A DNA stretch of 64,000 bases from a virus. A program made the translations under genes and the position numbers. How positions within the stretch are numbered: position 1 is the first letter of the stretch; every line of letters starts with the position of its first letter. Positions 1 through 9,686 of the stretch are shown one piece after another. Under the pieces are notes generated by a model. That model saw nothing but the letters and a program-made list of their open reading frames with translations. It was not told the origin of the DNA and made no database searches. The DNA is taken from IMG/VR virus record IMGVR_UViG_3300029441_000005, positions 12,773 through 76,772 of that record; one strand, written 5' to 3'.

Positions 1-282
1 CATTGGGTCATCTTTGGGATATCCAGCAAGCTCTAATTGCTGGTCCATCCACTTATCGTATTCATCGATGAGAGCATTATCCGGCTTATTATCCGAATGA
101 TGAATCCACGATGCCAGTCCATTGTAGTCGGCTGAACAAGCATCGGGGAAAGGCATGCCCAGAGCAACTGCTCTTCTCTTCATGTCCTTGTAGGTCATAT
201 TTTCTAACCCACTTCCCATGACCTTTAGCTTCTCCTTGTTGAGCTTTAACGGTCTTTTGTCCTTTTTCTTACTTTTGCGCAT
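1..282 (-). CDS. hypothetical protein, first 94 codons only (ATG at 280-282; ORF runs off the left edge)
   Basis: Own minus-strand translation MRKSKKKDKRPLKLNKEKLKVMGSGLENMTYKDMKRRAVALGMPF... stays open to position 1. A consensus promoter lies about 40 nt upstream. Confidence 0.5.
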   Translation of the reverse strand, partial: MRKSKKKDKRPLKLNKEKLKVMGSGLENMTYKDMKRRAVALGMPFPDACSADYNGLASWIHHSDNKPDNALIDEYDKWMDQQLELAGYPKDDPM

Positions 283-322
283 ATTTATATAGGTATAAAA
301 TTATTTTTCTTATTTCGTTATA

Positions 323-353
323 CAAATATAATTAAATTTCTCGAAGTTGCAAA
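323..353 (-). promoter_or_regulatory. Bacteroidota-type promoter (-33 TTTG at 350-353, 19-nt spacer, -7 TATATTTG at 323-330), firing leftwards
   Basis: Reverse complement reads TTTGcaacttcgagaaatttaatTATATTTGta, matching the TTTG...TAnnTTTG consensus. The same box recurs at 59.4-63.4 kb. Confidence 0.6.
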
Positions 354-370
354 ATAATTATATAAAAATT

Positions 371-1300
371 CTAAGAGTTAGATTTCAAGGTTCTTTTTCT
401 GCGTAACTTATAGGCTGTATCTAGAGTTTCACAGGTAAAGTCCATATTATTTATTGATTTGTAATTAATAGCTTTCTGTATGACCTCCCTGTATTCCTTC
501 CAGAACTTCAAGCCCCCTTTACTGTCCACGGTTTTTTCAAAGTATTGGGTTGCCAATAATCCAAATGTATCTGCAATGGTTTGACTCTCGAATATGTATA
601 TTCTCAAATCTGTTATAGCCTTTATTATATCATCCTCGCGTTTGATGGGCATTACTCCATATCCTTCTTCAGGAAAAAGTTCTTCTGATACAATAGCTGT
701 AAAATACCTTCTACTTGAGGGTCCATTTTTCCAATACTCGGTTATTAACTGCCTTATCTTGAAGTCAGGTATTCTATGTAAGTAAGATAGATATACCTTA
801 TCCTTCTTTGTAGACCTCCTTTTATATGCAGTTGGAGCTTGCAATACTCGGGGCATTATCCTATAATTATTCCACCTATCAAACTCAAGAATCAGAGCAT
901 AAAGGTCTTTGTCCCATTTATCCTCTGATCCCTTCAGCCTTTTCATATTCTTTATGATACGGGGATTGGTTATAGAATTTAATACCCAAGAAGCATCTCC
1001 TGAATGTATTTTAGCTTCTTCTTTGGGTAGTCTTTTAACCATAGCTCCAAATATGTAATCTCTGAATCTAGGTTCTATGGGAGATTTGGGATTTACTAAA
1101 GAAGGATGTAGTTCAAAGTAATCGGAGAATAGTTTGAAGAACTTCTCGGCTCTTGCCTTTAATTCTAAGTACTTGTAATGAGACATCTTGAGAATTTCTC
1201 CAGCTTCCCAAGTTGATAGGCCTTTGCCTTCTATAAACATAAGGCTGGCCCTCTCTTGCTCGGTCAAACAATCCCAAGCCAATTCTTGATGTCGTTCCAT
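371..1300 (-). CDS. putative transcription regulator with a sigma-70 region-4/LuxR-like HTH at the N-terminus
   Basis: LTEQERASLMFIEGKGLSTWEAGEILKMSHYKYLELKARAEKF resembles an r4-type helix-turn-helix. The remaining ~250 aa are not recognised. Confidence 0.4.
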   Translation of the reverse strand: MERHQELAWDCLTEQERASLMFIEGKGLSTWEAGEILKMSHYKYLELKARAEKFFKLFSDYFELHPSLVNPKSPIEPRFRDYIFGAMVKRLPKEEAKIHSGDASWVLNSITNPRIIKNMKRLKGSEDKWDKDLYALILEFDRWNNYRIMPRVLQAPTAYKRRSTKKDKVYLSYLHRIPDFKIRQLITEYWKNGPSSRRYFTAIVSEELFPEEGYGVMPIKREDDIIKAITDLRIYIFESQTIADTFGLLATQYFEKTVDSKGGLKFWKEYREVIQKAINYKSINNMDFTCETLDTAYKLRRKRTLKSNS

Positions 1301-1301
1301 G

Positions 1302-2012
1302 TTAGTATTGTTTGTTCATTAGAATCTCTTCGGTACTACCATCGGGAATTTGAGATAAATCTACCTCATAATCAGCTGAGTACATTTTATATTCATCCGA
1401 TTCGTGATAAGCTGAATAGAGTACATTTTCCATGGGTACTTCTATCTCTAAACTGCCATCCATTTCAGGGTATATCTTTACCAACATCTTTCTCGTATTT
1501 AGATTACTTTCGAGTATTATTGCTGGTATTCCCTCAAACGGATATCCCCTTAATACAACGTAATCTCCAATAGCAACACGAGTAATATCATTTACCGAGA
1601 ATATCTTATTTGCTTTAGACATTCTGCGATATTTCTTTACTTCTTCTTTAGTTATGGTGGCTACCATTGAATAATCATCAAAGTCCTCGGCATTATCTAC
1701 TCTAAGCCTTTTTCTTTTTGGTCTGTAATCCAAAGACTTCATAAATGAAAGTATACCTGGGATATCTCTCTTTAGTTTGTTTAAGTAGTATCGGTCAAAA
1801 GCTTTTTCGGGCTTCATCTTTATGAACCCATAGTTGAATAACAATGGTACATCTTCGTACTCATTCTTACCTTTCCTGGACTTCTTAAGTACGCTTATGG
1901 TTGGTACTATGGCTTTCACATGTTTATACCCCCTACATTTCAAATCAGAATTGATTCTCTTGTAGAATTTCCTGTCAAGCCTGAATATACAGTATACATA
2001 GGGGGTCTTCAT
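1302..2012 (-). CDS. NusG/UpxY-like transcription elongation/antitermination factor (NGN + KOW)
   Basis: NGN-like N-terminus (VPLLFNYGFIKM ... IPGILSFM). KOW-like IGDYVVLRGYPFEGIPAIILESNLNTRKMLVKI. Confidence 0.55.
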   Translation of the reverse strand: MKTPYVYCIFRLDRKFYKRINSDLKCRGYKHVKAIVPTISVLKKSRKGKNEYEDVPLLFNYGFIKMKPEKAFDRYYLNKLKRDIPGILSFMKSLDYRPKRKRLRVDNAEDFDDYSMVATITKEEVKKYRRMSKANKIFSVNDITRVAIGDYVVLRGYPFEGIPAIILESNLNTRKMLVKIYPEMDGSLEIEVPMENVLYSAYHESDEYKMYSADYEVDLSQIPDGSTEEILMNKQY

Positions 2013-2013
2013 A

Positions 2014-2541
2014 TTATTTTAATAATTTACGTACATACTTATGTAAATCGCTGTAATCTACCAGTCTCTGTACTTCTCTGAACATATAAACAAAAATATG
2101 TATTTTGGGAGTACTTACTTCCATCCGAGACATTTCGGGAGATTGGGATTTTAAGAAAGAATCTACTTCCTCATTTACCATAAAGAATGCTTCGCCTTTA
2201 GGCATAGAATTATACCTCATAATAAGTACGGGTATCTTATTAGCTCTTTCAGCATCCCTATTAGCTTGAGTCCAGAAGCTATTTATCTTACAACTCTTCA
2301 AACCCAACAGTAAATGTTCAAATTTTATATCCTGGTAACTTTTGCATTCGATAGATAGAGTAAATCTTTTGGCATGCTTTGGGTCAGAGCATACCACATC
2401 TGATGATATATTATCGGCTTTTTTCCATCTTAATCCCCCACTAGCAGGTGTTCTAGAAAATTCATATCCAGACCAATTTTGGAAAGCTTTACAAACGGAT
2501 CTCTCAAATCTATTTCCCTTACTTTTACTATTCTTTCTCAT
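2014..2541 (-). CDS. PD-(D/E)XK-type nuclease, possible Holliday-junction resolvase
   Basis: KGNRFERSVCKAF ... SGG ... SDVV ... SIECKS pattern. Lies next to the Rad50/Mre11-like pair. Confidence 0.4.
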   Translation of the reverse strand: MRKNSKSKGNRFERSVCKAFQNWSGYEFSRTPASGGLRWKKADNISSDVVCSDPKHAKRFTLSIECKSYQDIKFEHLLLGLKSCKINSFWTQANRDAERANKIPVLIMRYNSMPKGEAFFMVNEEVDSFLKSQSPEMSRMEVSTPKIHIFVYMFREVQRLVDYSDLHKYVRKLLK

Positions 2542-2569
2542 GATTTTATACCTTTATGACCAATAGTCA

Positions 2570-4285
2570 CTAGTGGTATTGTGAAAGGCCCCTTTCTCTG
2601 GTCACAGTAAGCACCCTGGCATTAGGAATTGGCAATGATTCCTGGTGAGATATGAGGTATAGAGTTTTGTCCTTATATATCTTTCTAATTAACCCTATAA
2701 CCAACTCTACATATTCTGAACTGAGGTTTTCAAATACCTCATCCAAGAAAGCTATATTTAACCCCTTGGCTTTGGTCATCACATCGTTCATAGCAAATGC
2801 TATAGCTAAGTTCACCAAAGTTTTTTGACCACCAGATAATTCCTCGTATGATACCTCTATACCATCCATTATTATCTGGGTATTGAAGTCCTTCTTTACT
2901 CCTTGTATATCTACATAGAATAGGATACTGAACCCAAGTACGTCAGAATATGATTCGAGAGTTTCATTCAAAATATCCATTGAGCTCTCAAATAAAAATG
3001 CTTTTATACCTCGGTTCCCAAGAGGGTCATCCATTACCCATTTGTAATTATCAACCTTTCCCTTCTGACTTTTCATTCTTTCTTCTACAGTTGATAATTT
3101 CTTGGTTAAGGTTGAAAGCTGTGCTTTATATTTAGTTATTAACCCATTATTTACTCCCACTTTCTTTTCTGAAGAAAGCCTTTTGATTTCAGATTCTACT
3201 TGTTCTATCTCTCTTTGTATCTTCTTTACTTCATATTCCTTATCCCTGAGTTCTTCCAGTTCATCTCGATAATTGGATATTCTGTCAGATACCCTGGAAT
3301 ATTTACCTTGTAACCTTTCGATATCTCCAAAGGCTTTCTTTACCTCGATTAGGTGTTTCAAAGAGTTCTTAATATCACCCCTCTTCAGTAACTTTATTAT
3401 TCCCTCAATAAACTCTTCTAGAGATACCTTAGTTTTCTTCCTGGCATCATTTATCTTATTGAGAATATCCCTTTGATTTTCCTTTGCCTCTGATAGCTTC
3501 TGTTCAATTCTGTTTTTCTGAGTTACTGTCTCCTTAAGCTCACTTGACTTTTTTGCCTTAGCTAGCAGTGATAATCTCTTCTCGAGAACCTTAACCTTTG
3601 AAGATATGTCGTCTTTTACCGTACTGGCTTGCTTCTTTAAGTCATCAACCATTCTTTGAATGGACTGCTTCTTACCTTCTAAGGTTCGATATCTTTGAGA
3701 GATGTCTTGATACTCCTTCAGGGCTTCTGTATAGTAGCCCTTAGCAATATCTCTAGCTTTAGATATATATTCTAACTCAAAAATCTCCTCAAACAGTTCT
3801 TTCTTGTCAGAGGAAGATTCCTGTATCAGTCTTTTCATGCCTTGACCGAAAAGTACTGAGTTCATAAAAAGGCTATACGACATACCCAAATCAGCGATTA
3901 TAAGCGCCTGTATCTCCCCCTTACTTTTCTCTTGTACTTCAACAGCATCTATCTCATAGATAAGTCTATCTTTGCCCTTGGCTCCATTTACTTCACCCTT
4001 ATATTTAAGACATCTGGTTATCTTATGAGTCCTACCATTCTTACCGAAGTATAATTCTACCTTGGTTCCTTGATAAGACTTTGGTCTGTATTTCTCCCAG
4101 GTATTCACATCTGACTTACCTTTTAGATTCTTACCATAAGCACCCCAAACTAAAGCGGATAAGATGGTAGTCTTACCTTCTCCTGTAGCTCCTCGAATTA
4201 CGGTTATTCCCTTTGAACTTAGGTTTAATTCCAAATGGGATATTGAACAGAAGCCATCGATTATAATATTGCCAAACTGTATCAT
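2570..4285 (-). CDS. Rad50/SbcC/T4 gp46-like recombination ATPase
   Basis: Walker A GATGEGKTT, long coiled-coil middle, ABC signature LSGGQKTLV, Walker B IAFLDEVF. Overlaps the Mre11-like gene. Confidence 0.85.
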   Translation of the reverse strand: MIQFGNIIIDGFCSISHLELNLSSKGITVIRGATGEGKTTILSALVWGAYGKNLKGKSDVNTWEKYRPKSYQGTKVELYFGKNGRTHKITRCLKYKGEVNGAKGKDRLIYEIDAVEVQEKSKGEIQALIIADLGMSYSLFMNSVLFGQGMKRLIQESSSDKKELFEEIFELEYISKARDIAKGYYTEALKEYQDISQRYRTLEGKKQSIQRMVDDLKKQASTVKDDISSKVKVLEKRLSLLAKAKKSSELKETVTQKNRIEQKLSEAKENQRDILNKINDARKKTKVSLEEFIEGIIKLLKRGDIKNSLKHLIEVKKAFGDIERLQGKYSRVSDRISNYRDELEELRDKEYEVKKIQREIEQVESEIKRLSSEKKVGVNNGLITKYKAQLSTLTKKLSTVEERMKSQKGKVDNYKWVMDDPLGNRGIKAFLFESSMDILNETLESYSDVLGFSILFYVDIQGVKKDFNTQIIMDGIEVSYEELSGGQKTLVNLAIAFAMNDVMTKAKGLNIAFLDEVFENLSSEYVELVIGLIRKIYKDKTLYLISHQESLPIPNARVLTVTRERGLSQYH

Positions 4286-5244
4286 TCTGCCTCCTTAATT
4301 ACTTTTAATAATGTGGCCTTTTTATTTTGGTCTTTTATGCCCTTTGCCCTCATATACCTCCTTACCATAGTTTTCTTAGTAAGTTCCCGAGTTATTTGCG
4401 GGGCATCTTCCACCGCCACAACCCGATACTTGCTAGCAATGACAGTATAATAATTGCCATCATCCTTAATTTCATCTTCTGATGATACATCCACAAATTT
4501 AGGAAAGCCTTTGAATGGCTTGAATTCCATTGAGAAGTCCTCATATATTTTCCAATATCCAAGTTTACAATTACGGTCTGTTCTCCTTTGTTGTAAAGGA
4601 GCTCCTACCATGTATATCTTCTTTCCAAGCCTCTGAGGTTTATGTATATGGCCTATCAATACTAACTTGAACTTAGATAGAAGATTCACATTCAGATTCT
4701 CTACTGTTCCAACTTCAGTATTATCAGTATCTTTAGCTCCCGGGTAGTCAGTATGCAATAATAGGATTGTTGGCTTTAACATAGCTTCTTTCAACTCAGC
4801 TTTGATTAACCCATCTAACCCCTTGTTATGGTCTAAATAGGGAATACCTACTACTCTGAACTTATCAAACTCATGATAAGAGAAGTCCAGATTGTGTAAG
4901 AACGAATACCTACGACATAAGTTTGCCCAGTGTGATGGAGATTGATTAGTTATCGAATTGCTTTTCTGTAGGTCATGGTTTCCAGATATACCATAGATGT
5001 TAAATTCCTCGCACCTATTTAACTCTTCGAACTGTTCAATTATAATTTCATCAAGTGAAGTACTTATATACTCTGGACGGTGCATAAAATCCCCGCAAAA
5101 AAATGCCGGGCATTTATACTTAATACATAAGTCTTTAATCAAAGAGAGGACCCTGAAAATACTTAGGGTCCTCTTATTATCCTCATTGAACTTAGAGAAT
5201 TCCCCTAAGTGCAAATCGGAGAATGCTATACCTATCACCTTCAT
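4282..5244 (-). CDS. Mre11/SbcD/T4 gp47-like nuclease
   Basis: Metallophosphoesterase motifs SDLHLG, GDFMH, GNHD, GHIH. Confidence 0.85.
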   Translation of the reverse strand: MKVIGIAFSDLHLGEFSKFNEDNKRTLSIFRVLSLIKDLCIKYKCPAFFCGDFMHRPEYISTSLDEIIIEQFEELNRCEEFNIYGISGNHDLQKSNSITNQSPSHWANLCRRYSFLHNLDFSYHEFDKFRVVGIPYLDHNKGLDGLIKAELKEAMLKPTILLLHTDYPGAKDTDNTEVGTVENLNVNLLSKFKLVLIGHIHKPQRLGKKIYMVGAPLQQRRTDRNCKLGYWKIYEDFSMEFKPFKGFPKFVDVSSEDEIKDDGNYYTVIASKYRVVAVEDAPQITRELTKKTMVRRYMRAKGIKDQNKKATLLKVIKEAE

Positions 5245-5903
5245 AACTGAAGAAATTTCTTGATAAGGTGTTTTCTCTTCTCGTAGTTCATCTCATCCAG
5301 TATCATGACTTTTATCTTGTAACCCATAATTTCCAGTGTACCGGTATTAGGTATACCATTTACATACTGGAGTATATTTGAATCGGGTTTATATCCCCAC
5401 AGGTCAAGTATACCATACATTACCTGCGATACCTGGAATTGATAATACCGAGATAATACTCGTTTACCATTGTCTTCTGTTACCCATTCATTAAAGAAGC
5501 TTGCTGAAAAAGGTATGAAAATTAGGTGAGTACACTGTTGACCCAGTAACATACGACATAAGTCTACTGCATGGTCTAAGTCGCATTCGGCTATCCTGTG
5601 AGAAAGTTTGTTGATGAAGTATGCTGCCGAATCAAAGTATGACCGGTCAGTTACAAAGCTATCTTCTCCCCTGAAAGCTTTGTTACGCAGATTAAGTACT
5701 TGCATATCCTGAGCAAATACTGTACTGGCATCTTGCTGAATCATATCAGCATGAGGCATGTCTCTTGTTTCAGGTACCAAGTCCGAATATGACCCGGATA
5801 TGAAAGGTATCTTTAACATATCCGCTACTTCCTTGGCAATGGTTGTTTTTCCAACCCCAGAAACACCGGTGAACATAATTTGATATTTCCTACCGTTGTA
5901 CAT
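5241..5903 (-). CDS. P-loop nucleoside/nucleotide kinase (dNK/dNMP-kinase-like)
   Basis: P-loop GVSGVGKTT. VTDRSYFDSAAYF resembles the (E/D)RS motif of deoxynucleoside kinases. Confidence 0.5.
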   Translation of the reverse strand: MYNGRKYQIMFTGVSGVGKTTIAKEVADMLKIPFISGSYSDLVPETRDMPHADMIQQDASTVFAQDMQVLNLRNKAFRGEDSFVTDRSYFDSAAYFINKLSHRIAECDLDHAVDLCRMLLGQQCTHLIFIPFSASFFNEWVTEDNGKRVLSRYYQFQVSQVMYGILDLWGYKPDSNILQYVNGIPNTGTLEIMGYKIKVMILDEMNYEKRKHLIKKFLQL

Positions 5904-6837
5904 AATGTTGTAGTTTTTTGAAAGGTTCCAAAAAATCGGGTATCTTGAAAGACCTTAAGTTAAACTTGTCAAGTACCATGAATAACCTGTCTTTCCTTAT
6001 ATTATTAGTACATCCTTTTACCCAAGGGACTTTCTTGATAGGGTGAAGAGTTAATGCAGTTCTCAAGTCTATAAGAGGCTTGTTCTTCTTGTATAACTCT
6101 TCTAGCTGGTCCCTTTCAATGCCCTTGAACTCTGCTCCTTTTGCATCTATGAAGTCTGCTATGCTCCCGTATTGTTTCAGGAAAGCCTTAGTCTTCACTT
6201 CTCCCATACCATAATAACCAGGTATATCATCCGATTTATCTCCATTAAATATTAGGTAGTCAACGCATTCCTCAGCAGAGTAACCCATTATATCCTTACA
6301 GGTTTGACTAAGGATTAGGGTATCTTTGTTAGGATTGAATATCTTGACTCTTTTGTCTAGTAATTGACAGAAGTCTTTGTCAGAGGATATTATGAGAGAT
6401 TTACCCGGGTGGTTTATTGCCAACCAAGCAATGTAGTCATCAGATTCATATCCCAAGCCTTTTCTATCGATAATCATCTGAACTCCGAGTAACCTTAGAA
6501 TCCTTCTCAACAGTGATAGCTGTTTATTGAAATCTTCATAATCCATACTTATCTTACTCCTATGTGCTTTGTAACCCTCGAGTAGACCATTACGGAAATT
6601 AGACTCTTTGCTCTCATGAGTATCGAATGTAATTACTACATGGCTTGGTTTAAACCGAGTTAAGTATGAACCGAGGATTCTTAAGAACCCATACACCAAC
6701 CCGGTACCAGCTCCATTGTTGGCTTTAAGATTCTTAAACTTATGGTATGAACGGTGAGCAAGATTACTCCCGTCCACTACCATAAGCATCCTCGGTTTTC
6801 TACCCCTCGTCCGGGATGTATTCGTCTTCTTCTGCAT
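5890..6837 (-). CDS. 5'-3' exonuclease / flap endonuclease (T4 RNase H-like)
   Basis: VVDGSNLAHRS, ESDDYIA, SSDKDFCQL, GDKSDDIPG motifs of the FEN/PIN family. Confidence 0.85.
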   Translation of the reverse strand: MQKKTNTSRTRGRKPRMLMVVDGSNLAHRSYHKFKNLKANNGAGTGLVYGFLRILGSYLTRFKPSHVVITFDTHESKESNFRNGLLEGYKAHRSKISMDYEDFNKQLSLLRRILRLLGVQMIIDRKGLGYESDDYIAWLAINHPGKSLIISSDKDFCQLLDKRVKIFNPNKDTLILSQTCKDIMGYSAEECVDYLIFNGDKSDDIPGYYGMGEVKTKAFLKQYGSIADFIDAKGAEFKGIERDQLEELYKKNKPLIDLRTALTLHPIKKVPWVKGCTNNIRKDRLFMVLDKFNLRSFKIPDFLEPFKKLQHYVQR

Positions 6838-7990
6838 CTTCAGATTCTATTTGAGATTCATAGTCTAAGTCTGCATCAACAGGGAACATGTTTCGTGTAA
6901 TCTTCTTGAGCTTTCGCTTAGTGGTTCCTATGGTATTTATTCCAGCAGCCTTTAATAGCTTTTTCCTTAACTCACCATCTTCCTCGATTAACCTGTGGAA
7001 AGCCTCTTCACCTCGACAGAGTTTCTTTCCTTCAAACATGTATGTTCCACCACCGAGCTTCTCTATCACTCCAGCATCCTCCAGAGATTCCTCTAACCAG
7101 AAGTATCGGTCGAAGCCAACTTCATGGTATTTTGGGTTGAAGTATATAGGGGCTTTGGATATGGTTTCTCGAGGAGGAGATACCTTATTCTTTTTCATCT
7201 GAACAGTTACATATTTACCTGCTCGTCTTTCCTTACCCTTATACTTAATCTTGAGAGTCTTACCGGAATAGAAAGCTAACCGGATTGAAGCATAGAACTT
7301 GAGTGCTGCTCCACCAGGAGTTGTACTGGTATCTTGACCAAACCCTGCACCCAGTTTACTACGTAATTGATTGATACATACCATGGTTACTCCGAGTCGA
7401 TAGAACAATTCGTTCCTTATTCGGAACATCTTGTATATCTGCTTTGCCCGGTTTCCCATCTCGGCCTTGCTATCCGCCATCTTTGCATCAATGGCTTCTA
7501 TAGAATCCAGAGCTGCTATGGAGTCTATCACAACTATGATAGGCTCATTATTAGTTAGCTTTGACCTCCAGTATATGGCTAAATCAGCAATAGCATCCGA
7601 AATAGTTTCTATTCTGGTATCATTTAATACTGTTACTCGTTCAGGGTCCAGACCATTTTCCTCTGCCCATGAATTCATCCATGCTTGTTCTGCATCCACC
7701 CATATTACATGACCCCCGAGTTGTTGTGCAGCATAAGCAAAGTTGTAAGCTATCAGGGACTTGCCTGAGGATTCTTCTCCCATGATTTCAATTATCTTCC
7801 CGAATGGTACACCACCACCCATTTGATAATTGAGAGCAAAGAATGTGGATGGAATCCATAGTCCATGGTGATTTATAGTACTGGCCTTGAACTGGAGAGA
7901 TGACCCGTATTTTTTGAGTATCTCATTCTGTGTGGGTATCTTAAACTTTTTGCCACCCGATTTTCGGGTAGCTTTAGGTTTTCTTGCCAT
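6800..7990 (-). CDS. RecA/UvsX-family recombinase
   Basis: Walker A GEESSGKS, Walker B VVIDSIAAL, RecA core layout, acidic C-terminal tail. Confidence 0.85.
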   Translation of the reverse strand: MARKPKATRKSGGKKFKIPTQNEILKKYGSSLQFKASTINHHGLWIPSTFFALNYQMGGGVPFGKIIEIMGEESSGKSLIAYNFAYAAQQLGGHVIWVDAEQAWMNSWAEENGLDPERVTVLNDTRIETISDAIADLAIYWRSKLTNNEPIIVVIDSIAALDSIEAIDAKMADSKAEMGNRAKQIYKMFRIRNELFYRLGVTMVCINQLRSKLGAGFGQDTSTTPGGAALKFYASIRLAFYSGKTLKIKYKGKERRAGKYVTVQMKKNKVSPPRETISKAPIYFNPKYHEVGFDRYFWLEESLEDAGVIEKLGGGTYMFEGKKLCRGEEAFHRLIEEDGELRKKLLKAAGINTIGTTKRKLKKITRNMFPVDADLDYESQIESEDAEEDEYIPDEG

Positions 7991-8013
7991 ACTTGTAATT
8001 TATAATATGAAAA

Positions 8014-8040
8014 GAGTGGGATATAAACTATACCCCACTC
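8014..8040 (-). terminator. hairpin plus T-run after the 8070-8858 gene
   Basis: GAGTGGG...CCCACTC 7-bp stem. On the minus strand it is followed by TTTTCATATTAT. Confidence 0.4.
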
Positions 8041-8069
8041 CTACTTTAGGTATATATATCTAGAAAATC

Positions 8070-8858
8070 TTAGATATCACTCTTATATTTCTTTCCCTTT
8101 TTCTTTTTCTTGTCCTCTAGCTTGCTTTTGGAAGAGGACTTCTTACGTGGTCTTTCATCCTCATCGTCATCATCCCCCTCATTGAGGAATGAAGCCAGCT
8201 TCTCCTCGAGTTCGTCGTAGGAAAGGATATTTGCCCGGATTGCTTTCTCCAGGTCTACCTCTCCCCGATACTTCTTGTCCAGCTTGGTTTTCTGGCAGGG
8301 TGATACCGAATAACTGGTATCATTCTTACCGGTACCAGTACGGGTGATTTTGATATCGTATCCCTCTACGGGGTCGGTCATATCTCCCCAGTCCTCTTCA
8401 TCGAGGTAAAGGTCGATAATATCCTGATATACCGAACGGGGTACCATCATGGGTTTATCTACCCGGTCTGGGTCAATTTCCTTACCCTTGGTATCTTTGT
8501 ACCCGAGTACCCCGATGAGATACTTTCTCTTCGGTACCAGTTTCGAGGCCAAGGCCTTGTCATCGGGGTCATCGGAGTTTTTAAGCTCCTGGAACTTCTC
8601 CATGAAAGGGCATGGCTCATCGAAAGTTGCCGGAGATATAATACCTCCCTCCTTTGGTCCAAGATAGAATTGAATAATCTCTATTCCTAATTCCTCGTCT
8701 GCACCACGAGATTTGATACGTACTCGGGTAGTTCCTTCTTTCGGGTAGATTATTCCACCACCTCCACTACGCTTTTCCAGGTCCTTCTTCCTGGCAAGCA
8801 TCTTTTCTCGGGTAGTCATTACACTGCCCTTTTTCTTGGTTGTTTTTTCCTTTTTCAT
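8070..8858 (-). CDS. candidate single-stranded DNA-binding protein (gp32-like placement)
   Basis: Sits between the RecA-like and GroES-like genes. Has a DDDDEDE acidic segment and a Lys-rich tail. Only loose resemblance to the gp32 N-terminal strand pattern (GTTRVRI). Confidence 0.35.
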   Translation of the reverse strand: MKKEKTTKKKGSVMTTREKMLARKKDLEKRSGGGGIIYPKEGTTRVRIKSRGADEELGIEIIQFYLGPKEGGIISPATFDEPCPFMEKFQELKNSDDPDDKALASKLVPKRKYLIGVLGYKDTKGKEIDPDRVDKPMMVPRSVYQDIIDLYLDEEDWGDMTDPVEGYDIKITRTGTGKNDTSYSVSPCQKTKLDKKYRGEVDLEKAIRANILSYDELEEKLASFLNEGDDDDEDERPRKKSSSKSKLEDKKKKKGKKYKSDI

Positions 8859-8862
8859 GGCT

Positions 8863-9237
8863 TTATTTATTGGTTTCGATATAAAGTATCTCGTTCAGAG
8901 ATAATATAGTTGTTACTTGATTGGGAAGGTCTACTACATCTAGTTCTTTACCAGCATACAGACCGTATGTAACTACTGCTCCAACCTGAAGACCGGGATA
9001 TTCTTCACATTGTTCATCGGTGACTGGTCCTACCTGAATTACTACTCCCTTGCGAGGTACTGTATCTTTATCGTGTTCCTGAGGGATATAAAGTCCTCCT
9101 TTGGTTTTGGTATCTGCAGTTACTACCGGTGATACAATAAGTACTCGACTTCCTGTGGGAGTTCCTAAACCGTTCAGTTTCTCATTCAACTCCCTTGCTT
9201 CTTTGACCGAAATAAGGTCTAACTCAATTCTTGACAT
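8863..9237 (-). CDS. GroES/Cpn10-like co-chaperonin
   Basis: KTKGGLYIPQ ... RKGVVIQVGP ... LQVGAVVTYGLYAGKEL matches the Cpn10 layout and size. Confidence 0.6.
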   Translation of the reverse strand: MSRIELDLISVKEARELNEKLNGLGTPTGSRVLIVSPVVTADTKTKGGLYIPQEHDKDTVPRKGVVIQVGPVTDEQCEEYPGLQVGAVVTYGLYAGKELDVVDLPNQVTTILSLNEILYIETNK

Positions 9238-9239
9238 AG

Positions 9240-9686
9240 TTACTGTTGTTTACGTAAGTTTGCTGATATCGTTCTTAATATATTCTCTCTTGATTCATAA
9301 GCTTTACATATACTTATCATCTTACTCGCATTGTACTCAGCCTTCATATATCTTTTCAATGCTCCTTGATAAGCTTGGTTGTTCTCTGCTTTGTGTGCTG
9401 CAGCATCATTATTGATATTACCCGATTCTTTGTAGTAAAGCCATGCCTTGCTATATGCTTGGTCCTTTGCCTTTTCAAGTTTATCCCTTTTATATATAAG
9501 CCTATCCCTTACCATCACCAATAGAGCATAATTAGATGGACTTCTACGTAAAGACTGATTGACCAGGTTCTCGTCAATCATGAGTTCCTGGTCTAAATCA
9601 ATCTCATAGGTTTTCCCTTGAAATAGAATCTTTAGTGTGTTTTTCTTAATCTGGGATAGACGTACTATCTTTTGCCTTTTTTCCAT
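9240..9686 (-). CDS. hypothetical protein (size, helical pattern and position are compatible with a UvsY-like recombination mediator; unproven)
   Basis: 148-aa ORF tightly packed in the recombination module. No diagnostic motif. Confidence 0.4.
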   Translation of the reverse strand: MEKRQKIVRLSQIKKNTLKILFQGKTYEIDLDQELMIDENLVNQSLRRSPSNYALLVMVRDRLIYKRDKLEKAKDQAYSKAWLYYKESGNINNDAAAHKAENNQAYQGALKRYMKAEYNASKMISICKAYESRENILRTISANLRKQQ

